A stretch of 64,000 nt of DNA from IMG/VR virus record IMGVR_UViG_3300009180_000022; one strand, 5' to 3'. Within the stretch, counting starts at the first letter, position 1. Each line of letters opens with the position of its first letter. The notes beneath the pieces are model-generated. The model searched no databases. It saw only the letters and a program-made list of their open reading frames with translations, and was not told where the DNA came from. Positions 32,887 through 43,299 of this stretch are shown one piece after another. This DNA is from a virus. A program made the translations under genes and the position numbers.

Positions 32887-34137
32887 ATGTATAATTTATT
32901 TAGTCAATTTGGAGTAGTACTTTACAATGGTGTACCTGTCAGGAACATTCTTACAAGGGTAGCTTTTTCTGATATTATTAAGAAAACAGGCGGTGTTTAC
33001 CATCCGTATATTGTAGAGGATGGTGAAAGACCAGATGCTATTGCCTATAATTATTACGGGGATTCAAGATACAGCTGGATAGTGTATATGAGTAATAATA
33101 TTATGGATCCTTACTATGAATGGCCGATGTCTCAAAACGAGTTTGATAGATTTATAACGAAAAAATATGGATCAAGAGAATTAGCTATGAAGAAAATTCT
33201 TTACTGGAAAGACAATTGGCAAACGGATGATAGAATTATTAACGTCGCAACTTATAATTCATATCCGGTGTTTATAAAAAAATATTGGTCACCCATATTA
33301 GGATATAATAATAGTATCGTTAGCTACTCTCGCACCCCAACGACTGATACAATTGAAACTAATAAAATGCTCGAGGTTACAATATCACCAACTATTTCAA
33401 TTAATGGTGCAAATTATACAGTAACAGATAACTTAGTATCGGATAATTTTGCTGTAGGGGATTTAGTTGGACAGTATGATAGCAGTGGTATTTTAACTGC
33501 TACTGGAGAAATAACCGTAATATATGATGATTATAAATTTAATATCAAGCACATACAGGGTAATTTTGTTTACTACTTTAACACTGTGTTTGGCCAAAAC
33601 CTTACAAATCAACTACTTACATGGGTGAGTACTACACCAATAACAGTAGGCGCAACAACTACATATCAAGTTGTATTTAATAATCAATTACCAAACAACA
33701 ACATTAAAGTTGGAGATAAAGTCACAGTAACAGGAATTAATCCAACTACATTTAATACATCAGCTATAGTCACTGCTATAAGCAGTGCAGGAACTATTAC
33801 CTTAACGTATACTAGTAATCCAGGTACATTTATATCGATTCCAACATTGGCATATGCAGTAAAAACAATCTCGTATAGTAGCACAATATACAAATTATCA
33901 GATAAATCTAAATTAATATACCCTACCACTATAAGATCTGTTGGTAATATATTTTTTGATTTTCCTGAAAATACTTACGGTAATACTGATGATGTAAACA
34001 ATCAAGTACTAACATATTATTCTCCTGTATTTGCATATGACTATGAATCCGATCTCAACACCCAAAAGAGGTCTATAAGGTTAATTGATAGAGCATACGT
34101 TGATCAAATTGAGCGCGAGTTAAGTGAAATCATATGA
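32887..34137 (+). CDS. 53: baseplate wedge gp53 (with inserted domain)
   Basis: GERPDAIAYNYYGDS, NNIMDPYYEWPMS, YDYESDLNTQKRSIRLI. Confidence 0.85.
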   Translation: MYNLFSQFGVVLYNGVPVRNILTRVAFSDIIKKTGGVYHPYIVEDGERPDAIAYNYYGDSRYSWIVYMSNNIMDPYYEWPMSQNEFDRFITKKYGSRELAMKKILYWKDNWQTDDRIINVATYNSYPVFIKKYWSPILGYNNSIVSYSRTPTTDTIETNKMLEVTISPTISINGANYTVTDNLVSDNFAVGDLVGQYDSSGILTATGEITVIYDDYKFNIKHIQGNFVYYFNTVFGQNLTNQLLTWVSTTPITVGATTTYQVVFNNQLPNNNIKVGDKVTVTGINPTTFNTSAIVTAISSAGTITLTYTSNPGTFISIPTLAYAVKTISYSSTIYKLSDKSKLIYPTTIRSVGNIFFDFPENTYGNTDDVNNQVLTYYSPVFAYDYESDLNTQKRSIRLIDRAYVDQIERELSEII

Positions 34138-35387
34138 TGACTAAGGTATATGATCCAGGTGATATAAAAATACTTGCCATCAGGTTAACAAACTATAATA
34201 AATCTGCGATATCTGACATTAGAGGCCAAGTTATTTCATTGTCTATATACGAAGATATGGAGCAGCCTTCGATTTATGCCGAAATAATACTTAAAGATGG
34301 TGTAAATTTAGTTAAAGATTTTCCTATAATAGGAGAAGAAGATCTTGATATATCATATATCACCCCCGGTAGGGATAAACCATCTCTATTTAAACTGAGG
34401 GTATACACTGTTACTGGTGGTAGTGCAGATCCTAGTAATCAATCATCGGTGTATGTTATTAAAGCTGTTTCATATGAACATATAGTAAATGGTATTAATT
34501 TAACTGAAAGAAGTTTTAATGATACAGTTACAAATATTGTTACTAATATTATAAAGACAGATGTAGAAACAAATAAAAGTTTATTTGTAGAGGAGACGAG
34601 AGGTATTGTTCCATATACCGTGCCTCGCATGACTCCTTTTCAAGCTATCGACTTACTCAGACAGCGCGCAATTGCAAAAAGACCTTCAGGAGGAGTATTC
34701 GTATTCTTTGAAAATCAATATGGAATAAATTTTACATCGATTGAGAAACTTATTGAAGATGGAAAGCCGCTAGTAGGTTCTAAAATATTTACACATTCTC
34801 CTCAGACTGAGGCTGACCCGGCAAGACAAACGTATAGCTGGCGAAACATTATTCAGATGGAACAGTTAAGTAAGTTTGACACAATTGAAAAACTTACAAA
34901 AGGATATTACAAAAACGCTATACAATCTTACGACATGCTGACTAAGTCGTTTAATATTACTCAATTTAAAATTAGTGAGCACGCTGATAAGTTTACTTAC
35001 AGTGATAAAAACGCAACCATACCTAATACCGATAGCTTCTTGAAAACAGCTACAGGAGGCTCTCCAACATACATGTTTACACCTAAGGATTCAAGTAAAG
35101 GCAACGACTTCATACCAGATCTAATGGGGTACAGGCAAACGTTTGTACTTTTGTTTAATCAGGTGGTAGTAAGGTGTATGGTTTACGGGGATAACTATCT
35201 TACTGTTGGAGATCTAGTACAACTTAACCTACCTGACACATCCGGTACAACAAATAGTAAGACTAATGATAGTAGATATTCAGGAAAATACTTAATTACT
35301 AAGTTAAGGCATATAATTGTGTATGAAGAAAATAAATTTAAGCATCGAATTGTATTTGATTGCAACCGAACAGGGGTAGGAACATGA
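34134..35387 (+). CDS. baseplate hub protein (gp27-like)
   Basis: LSIYEDM, PIIGEE, FVFFENQYGINFTSIEKL, YSGKYLITKLRH; between gp53 and gp5. Confidence 0.7.
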   Translation: MMTKVYDPGDIKILAIRLTNYNKSAISDIRGQVISLSIYEDMEQPSIYAEIILKDGVNLVKDFPIIGEEDLDISYITPGRDKPSLFKLRVYTVTGGSADPSNQSSVYVIKAVSYEHIVNGINLTERSFNDTVTNIVTNIIKTDVETNKSLFVEETRGIVPYTVPRMTPFQAIDLLRQRAIAKRPSGGVFVFFENQYGINFTSIEKLIEDGKPLVGSKIFTHSPQTEADPARQTYSWRNIIQMEQLSKFDTIEKLTKGYYKNAIQSYDMLTKSFNITQFKISEHADKFTYSDKNATIPNTDSFLKTATGGSPTYMFTPKDSSKGNDFIPDLMGYRQTFVLLFNQVVVRCMVYGDNYLTVGDLVQLNLPDTSGTTNSKTNDSRYSGKYLITKLRHIIVYEENKFKHRIVFDCNRTGVGT

Positions 35388-36259
35388 CAACGCGAAGCAT
35401 GGGCGATGAAGGTTTCAGGTGGTTTGTCGGGGTGGTGGAAGATAGAGATGATCCTTTGCAGCTAGGTAGGACTAAGGTAAGAATATACAACCTACACTCC
35501 CCTAATAAAAGTCTTACACGCACAGAAGATTTGCCATGGGCACAGATCATGAACGGAGTGAACGACTCAAACCTTAACAAGGTAGGAAGATCACCTACTG
35601 GTATTCTAGTTGGTACAACCGTAATCGGATTCTTTATGGATGGACGTGACGGTAATTTACCCGTCATTATGGGGTCACTTGCAGGTATACCAGATAACAA
35701 TATTGTTAACCATGATGTCTCGCTCGAAGCAAGAGGTACAAACCCGATTGTTAAGCCTGTGCTTGGTACTGAGCCAAGTTCAGCTTATAACGCTAAATAC
35801 CCATATAATAAAGTACTGAGAACTGAAAGTGGGCATGTAATAGAAATTGACGATACACCGGATAATGAAAGAATACATTGGTATCATAAGAGCGGCACAT
35901 ACACAGAAATAAATCATGATGGTAGAATGGTAACAAAGGTTGTAAATGATGACTATCAAGCTGTAGCTGGCAATCGCGACGCGTATATTGACGGTAATGT
36001 TAACGTCAGGGTTAACGGATCCGATACTCAATCTATAGGTGGTAGTCGTGAGGTTTATATTGAGGGTAATGTTAACGTTAGGGTTAACGGGTCATACACC
36101 CTCAATGTTTCAGGTCCTATAGTTATTAACGGTAGTACGGTCAATATTAATCAAGGGACGAGGGGCGCAGCCCGTATTGGTGATATTGTTCCTGATACGG
36201 AAGTAGACGGTACCCAAGGTATCAAGACAGGTTCAGGTACAGTATTCATCGGAGGCTAA
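35384..36259 (+). CDS. 5: baseplate central spike gp5, without lysozyme domain, with PAAR-like C-terminus
   Basis: WFVGVVEDRDDPLQLGR OB fold, YPYNKV..TESGHVIEIDDTP, beta-helix repeats, GAARIGD...GSGTVFIGG. Confidence 0.9.
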   Translation: MTTRSMGDEGFRWFVGVVEDRDDPLQLGRTKVRIYNLHSPNKSLTRTEDLPWAQIMNGVNDSNLNKVGRSPTGILVGTTVIGFFMDGRDGNLPVIMGSLAGIPDNNIVNHDVSLEARGTNPIVKPVLGTEPSSAYNAKYPYNKVLRTESGHVIEIDDTPDNERIHWYHKSGTYTEINHDGRMVTKVVNDDYQAVAGNRDAYIDGNVNVRVNGSDTQSIGGSREVYIEGNVNVRVNGSYTLNVSGPIVINGSTVNINQGTRGAARIGDIVPDTEVDGTQGIKTGSGTVFIGG

Positions 36260-36262
36260 TAA

Positions 36263-36691
36263 ATGGCATTAGTAAAACATACAAGTAGTATAAACGTTAG
36301 ACCGGTTAACACGGAATTTTATTCTGATTTTTATACTAACTTTGATAAGCACCCTGATAAAAATGATGTACTCAAATACTCTAATGAAGAGTCGGTAAAG
36401 AGGGCTATTAGAAATATATTACAGACTAATAGAGGAGAGAGGGTATTTAATCCTACATTTGGTAGCAATATACGTAAATTTTTATTTGAAAACATCACAC
36501 CAATAACAGAGTCCCTTATACGTGAGCAGGTCGAAACTTCAATTAATAACTTCGAACCCCGCGCCAAGCTTATAGATGTTATAGTATCAGGGTATCCTGA
36601 CGATAACGCATATAATATAACAGTCGTTTTCTCTACACTAAATACAATCGACCCAATTGTACTAAGCGTACTTCTCAACAGGATAAGGTAA
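36263..36691 (+). CDS. 25: baseplate wedge gp25
   Basis: SVKRAIRNILQTNRGERVFNPTFGS, NNFEPRA. Confidence 0.92.
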   Translation: MALVKHTSSINVRPVNTEFYSDFYTNFDKHPDKNDVLKYSNEESVKRAIRNILQTNRGERVFNPTFGSNIRKFLFENITPITESLIREQVETSINNFEPRAKLIDVIVSGYPDDNAYNITVVFSTLNTIDPIVLSVLLNRIR

Positions 36692-38496
36692 TGTCTAATA
36701 CCACTATAAGTTTAGTTGATCTTGATTTCGAGACAATTAAAAGTAACTTTAAAAGCTATCTAAGAAGATCTAATTCAACCTTTAAAGATTATGATTTTGA
36801 AGGATCTAATTTAAGCCAGCTAATAGATGTGCTATCGTATAACACATACCTAAACTCATACTATTTAAATATGGTAGCTAGTGAAATGTTTCTTGATACT
36901 GCATCATTAAGGGATAGTGTAGTATCTCACGCCAAAGAGCTTAACTATGTGCCAAGAAGCTTCAGGTCAGCAATGGCGACTGTTTCCTTTTCTATATTTA
37001 CTGACAACCCAGGCGGTGCCCTTACCGTTCCAAAAGGCACTACATTTACATCTAAAATTGGTAGTAATAACCATTCATTTACTACTACCACAAACATTAA
37101 CTTTACAGCAAATTCTACTGGTCATTGTAATATTGAGCTTGATATTTACGAAGGATCATACCTAACTGATGTATTTTCCTACGATGCTTCAAACACTATA
37201 CAGAGATTTGTATTATCAAATTATACTTTAGATACAAGATTTATAAGTGTAATTTCTATAGAGAATAACGGCGCCAATAATATTACATATAACACGTATA
37301 CATCTTTACTCGGAGTAAGTGGTGATACTAATGCAGTATTTATTCAAGCAGCTGAGAATAATCAGTATGAAATTAGATTCGGTGATAATATAAAGGGTAG
37401 AACACCAAAAAGTGGATCTACTATAGCTGTAAGTTACCTTGCAGGTAGTGGTGAAATGCCTAATGGTGCATCAGTATTTAATATAGATGGACCCATTGGT
37501 GGATTTACTAGTATTTCTAGTATAACTGCTATATCACCAGCATCAGGTGGCAGCATTTACGAGAGTGTAGAGAGTATTAAATACAACGCACCTAGGTATT
37601 ATCAGACCCAAGGCCGTGCAGTTACAGTAAGCGACTACGAAACATTACTTACTGTTAATTATCCAGAAATATCAAGCGCGTCAGCATACGGAGGTGAAGA
37701 TTTAGAGCCTCCAGTTTATGGTAAGGTATACGTTGCAGTAGATATGCTAACGGCAGACGGTGTCACAGAAACCAATAGCGCAAAGTACTATAAGTTTTTA
37801 AAGGCACGTACTCCTATTTCGATTGATCCTATTATAATTAACCCCGATAGACTTTATGTTGAGGTTGATGCTATAGTCAGATATAATACCAATATTACCA
37901 ATCTTACAATTAATGACATAGTAACAGCTGTATCAGTAAAAATAAGCACCTATAATGACATATACCTTAACGGGTTTAAAAAGACTCTAAGATATAGTAA
38001 ACTAATAGAGCAAATTAATAATACACATGAAAGTATATTAGGCGTTAATCTTGAGGTCAATCCGTTTAAAAAGTTTATACCTACTACAACTTCATCGTAT
38101 AGTACAGTTATTAACTTCGGTTTTGCACTAGCTAAGTCGTTAATTATTTCATTAGAAGAATCTATAACCGCATCTGTACCTGCAATTAGATCTACTCCTA
38201 TGATGCGAGAAGGCGTTTCTGTGTTTATTATGGATGATGGTAATGGTATAGTTAATCTATATACATCCTCATCTAGCGGGGTTCAAACTAAAATAGTATC
38301 AATAGGTACAGTTGATTACACGATGGGGCGAGTTCTTATAACATCTATGAGCATTGATAGTTTTACTCCCGCATCAGGCGCCCATGTACATTTATACGCC
38401 AACCCACTATCAAATGATATATCAGCAACCAGAGATCAAATTATTGTAATTTCTGATGATGATATATTCGTAACAGCAGAAGCAATAACCGAATGA
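36691..38496 (+). CDS. 6: baseplate wedge gp6
   Basis: LDFETIK, DYDFEGS, SEMFLDTA, QGRAVTVSDY, YGGED...YGKV. Confidence 0.92.
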   Translation: MSNTTISLVDLDFETIKSNFKSYLRRSNSTFKDYDFEGSNLSQLIDVLSYNTYLNSYYLNMVASEMFLDTASLRDSVVSHAKELNYVPRSFRSAMATVSFSIFTDNPGGALTVPKGTTFTSKIGSNNHSFTTTTNINFTANSTGHCNIELDIYEGSYLTDVFSYDASNTIQRFVLSNYTLDTRFISVISIENNGANNITYNTYTSLLGVSGDTNAVFIQAAENNQYEIRFGDNIKGRTPKSGSTIAVSYLAGSGEMPNGASVFNIDGPIGGFTSISSITAISPASGGSIYESVESIKYNAPRYYQTQGRAVTVSDYETLLTVNYPEISSASAYGGEDLEPPVYGKVYVAVDMLTADGVTETNSAKYYKFLKARTPISIDPIIINPDRLYVEVDAIVRYNTNITNLTINDIVTAVSVKISTYNDIYLNGFKKTLRYSKLIEQINNTHESILGVNLEVNPFKKFIPTTTSSYSTVINFGFALAKSLIISLEESITASVPAIRSTPMMREGVSVFIMDDGNGIVNLYTSSSSGVQTKIVSIGTVDYTMGRVLITSMSIDSFTPASGAHVHLYANPLSNDISATRDQIIVISDDDIFVTAEAITE

Positions 38497-41400
38497 TCGA
38501 TATTGAAAACAATATAATACCTTTAATAGAAGGTCAGTTTCCTGCTTTCTATGAAGAAGAGGGACCGCTGTTCGTTTTATTTGTAAAGGAGTATTATGAG
38601 TGGCTTAATACTCAAACATACAATATTGATGGAGTCAATGTAGCAGGCGGCGCAATATACCAATCTAGATCACTACCAAATTATAGAGATATTGATAAGA
38701 CAGCGGATGAGTATCTTGTACACTTTAAAGAAAAGTATCTTAAGAATATTAATTTTAATTCAGAATCTAATCGTAGAACGCTTATAAAAGCAGCCCATGA
38801 TTTGTTTGCATAAAAGGATCAGAATTATCTATTGAGTTGTTATTTAATTTACTTTATGGAATAGGTGTGCAGGTTTATACCCCAGGCGATGCAGTTTTTA
38901 AGTGCTCAAATGCAAGGTGGACTATTCCAAAATATCTAGAAGTTCTTCCTACGTATAAGTCGCCTTTGCTTGCAGGTCAGCAAATAATAGGTTCGAGATC
39001 AGGTGCCACGGCCTTTGTAGAATATGTAATTACAAGACAGATCAATGGAAGATTTATAGATTTATTATTTCTTTCTAGCATTGATGGATTGTTTTTAGTA
39101 GATGATGTTGTTTCAACAGATGGTATTATTGCTGATTCTCCTACAGTAACAGGCTCATTTAATAGTATTGATATAACTCAGGCTGGTGATGGGTTTGTGG
39201 TTGGAGAGGAAGTAAATATAGTTTCAGCGTCGGGGGTAGAGGGCAGAGCGTTTGTTACATCGATAGAGGCAGTTACTGGTATCGTTCAGTTTGCTCTTAA
39301 CGATGGGGGATGGGGATTTTCAACATCATCTAACACACTCGTTTCTCAAAGTTCTCTATTACTTACTAATATAATAAACGCTAATACAGAAATTACATCA
39401 TTTACTAAATTTGAATTTGTTGAACAAAATAACTTTAGTCTTGCACTTAGTAATATAACCGGCAGTCTATCTACGGGTAACATACTTGCAACACCAGAAG
39501 GATCCTTATCAGTTGTTTTAAGGGTTGATCCTGGTGCAAATCCTAATACCGCAACTGTTCTTATCAACCCGGTATCTGGTACTACCTTTTCAAACAGCAT
39601 AATGTTCTCACCCAACAGTGCTTATGTTTATGTTGATAGAACTCTAGGATTTACACAAGGCAATGTTGTCAAACAGAATAACGGTACAAGTGATAATGCT
39701 AGGGGGGCTGTAAAGAGTACTGCTAATGTAGTGGTTTTAAACATCAATAGCGCAGTTACTGCGGCTAATGGTATTCACGTAGGTACATTTGTTATTCAAG
39801 CAACAACTCTTGCTACAGGCCGAGTTGTTGCTATTAATCGTGAAGCTAATTTTGTTTTTACAGCCGTAAACGCCATAGCAGTTTCCGTATCAACAGGTAC
39901 ATTTAGCGGTACTGATGCTATTAATATGTATGCAGATGCTGCAGGTATTAGCTATCTTTCAGTAGCAACACCGACGTCAATAATAAACGCACGCCAACTT
40001 GAACTAGAAGCAGTAACAGGTCTGTGGTCGGCTGGAAATACTATCATTTCTGAAAGTGCCTCCGCTATCACAGGTACAACATTACTTGCAAGTGCTGTTG
40101 GTGGAAAATTTACTTCAAACACCCAGTATCTTTCAACCGGTCAAATTATTGGATCTAATACTAGTGCAATTGGTATTATTTTAGAAAGTAATACATTTTT
40201 TGGTACAGGTCTAAGTACTATAAGGGGGCTAACATCTAATACATACGCCAATGTGTATCAGGTTTCTACTGGATCTAGTGCTGACTTTCAGGTTGGTTTT
40301 ATTAGTGATTCAGAGACAGTTCTACTATCTCCGGACTTATTAAATGGTAATAATCAAGGGCCTAACGGACCAGATACCCTGCCTTCGGTTCCATGGGCAT
40401 CCATGTTAATATCAGGTGCTAATAGTTCATACAATAACCTACATTCTGTATACATCGAGTCTGGAGGTACGGGGTATAGTAATACTGACACAGTCGTGCT
40501 AACGTCAGGGAGAAACATTAATGCTGCAAGTCTTACATATACAGTTGGAGCATTTCTTTCTAATACTTTTATAAGTCCCCTAGAGCTAACTCCATCGGGA
40601 ATATTTTTTAAATACACTGGTACTGAAATGTACTTAGTAGGTACCACATCCGATAAAATACACCAGTTCACATTATCAACTCCATGGGCAGTAAATACAG
40701 CAACATATACTGCTAATGTAAGCGTAAATCCTCAGGGTGCAAATCATCAAGATGTCTTTATATCATCAGATGGTAAATTTGTCTACACGGTTGAATCTAG
40801 CAGTGATAGAGTTCATCAGTATACCATGGCCACCCCATGGTCAATAGCTACTACAGCCTTTACGCGAACGTTTCAATTATCCGCCGCCTACCAGGCATTA
40901 GAGAGTGGTACTGTTGGAATGACCTTTAAACCGGATGGTACTAGCTTTTATCTTATAGGATCTGCTGGAGATACCATAGTACAGTTCGATCTTTCGGTTG
41001 CATGGGATATATCTACTGCATTTCAATCAAGTAAATCTCTTTATGTTAATCCTATTGAAACCAACCCAGGCGCATTAAGAATAACAGAAGACGGTACCAG
41101 GTTTATTCTTATTGGTACTACTGGTGATAGAGCACATGTATATAATCTAACTACACCCTGGGATATATCAACAGGTGTATTCGTAGGATCATCAAGCACT
41201 TGGGCAACCCTTGGCGCCGGACAAGCCGTTCCACAATCCGAAACAGGCGCAACAGGCTTTTATATTAAACCGACCGGTGATAAGTTATACGTTATAGGTA
41301 CTGCAATAGATACGGTTGCGGAATACAATGTAGCCAACGCCGGTGTTGTTCCACTTTCGAATGCTACTATTATTACGAATGCATCCGGAGTTATAACAGC

Positions 41401-43291
41401 ATGCACACTTGGAGCATCTAAGGGTGGTGCAAATATATTTTCAACACCTATAGCAACAGTACTTAATTCATCTGGAGGAGCTTCTACAGGATCGGCCGCA
41501 AGTCTAATTCCTGTATCTTCTCTAGGATTTCCAAAATATGCACTTGGGGATATAACATTTACTATTCTTGATCTGCTTAGATTTAATACAAGAACGATTG
41601 GAACTATTGCTAGTCTAACTGCAATCAATCCAGGTGAAAATTATAACCTGGACCCATTTGTGCTTGTACGTGAAGATTTGGTTGCAGCATACGGTAAGCG
41701 CGATTACATAATGAACATTACTAATCTAAGTAAAGGTACTGGGTTTACTCCTAATGAATTAGTAACGCAGTCATCAGGTACACCTGCACTTACATTACTA
41801 TCAAGTGCCTTTGTTTATAATAATTATGGTCCAACCCTTTCGTCTATAGTTACTGCAGCAAGTACAAACATACTACTTGTAGCGACGGTAGCAGCTAGCA
41901 ACACAATTACAGGTGCATCGTTAACTAGTGCTGTAATTCAACCTGGTATGTATGTTTCAGGTACAGGTATCCCAACCAATACGTATGTTGTATCGGTTAG
42001 CAGCGGAGTATCAGCAGTTCTTTCAAACGCTGCTACTGCCAGCAGCGCCGCTACAGCTCCAGGAACCATCACTATAACTACAAGTGGTACAGTAATTTTT
42101 GGGGCTGCGTTAACTACAGCAGCAATCGAGCCAGGAATGTATGTATACGGAACAGGTATACCAAATGGTGCATTAATTATTTCAATTAATACCGGTGTAT
42201 CGGCAGTTATATCTCTACCTGCTACAGCTTCTGGTACCATCACACTTACTACCGCCTATGGAATAGTTAGGAATGCATATGAGGTCGGTGAATTTATAAC
42301 CACTAATAATGGTATTTCTATTACAGGGACAGGGACAGTTTATAGTACTACAGCATCCGGTGGAGTAACTACCACAGTTCTTACATCAAACACCGGTACA
42401 TTCAACTCTACTATATCAACATCTAAACTCGCAGTAAGTACAAATGTTGGATTTAGTGTAGGGGATGCTGTTACTCAGTCAGGTGGTGGTAGTGGTACAG
42501 TGCTTGTAACTAATACAAGCACGATGATTATCAGAAATGTAACCGGTACATTTGCAATAAGCGGTAATAAAATAACTGGTACAGGTACTGCAAATGCTAA
42601 TATTACTGCAGTGACCAGTGCATTTAACGTGTATCAGATGTCAGGATCGACGTCAAAAGGCCTTACAAATATTAGCGGATATTCTGCATGCACCGCATCA
42701 TCTGTTGCAACAGGTAGAATAAAAAACCTTTCAAATACTTCTACTCTGTTTATAAAAAGGACTAGCTTGTTTGATGAGTTCATTAATAACGGAGGTACGT
42801 TAGTCGGAGAAATTTCCGGTGAGACTGCTACTGTAGTTTTTAGTGCCCCTGATACATCTTCTGATATAATTGGCCTTAACGCTAATATAACTGCTAATGT
42901 TATAACAACGACCGGTTCAATAACTGACTTAACACTCGTAGACTCTGGGATTTCATTCTATCAAGATCAAGGCGCCACATTCAGTTCGTTAGATGGTGCA
43001 AGGGTTGGAGCTGGTAAGATTAATCTTGGTGGTATAGGTTCCGGGTCTGGTAGATATACAACGTTTAGCGGCATATTGGACGATGTTAATTACATACACG
43101 ATGGTGAATATTATCAGGAATACTCGTATGAAGTACAGAGTAACAAACCACTAGATACATATTATAACGTACTTAAGCAACTGCTGCATGTTGCTGGAAC
43201 TAAAATGTTTGGAAGAGTAGTTACATCTTCAACCAGCATTATAGGAACTGATATAGTCCAGAGCAGCAAGACTATCGAACTAACTCCATAA
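38493..43291 (+). CDS. 7: baseplate wedge initiator gp7-like, split by an apparent 1-nt deletion near 38811
   Basis: QFPAFYEEEGPLFVLFVKEYYEWL...HDLFA continues in the -1 frame as KGSELSIELLFNLLY; C-terminal YYQEYSYEV...LLHVAGTKMFG. Confidence 0.75.
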
Positions 43292-43299
43292 ATAAAGAC

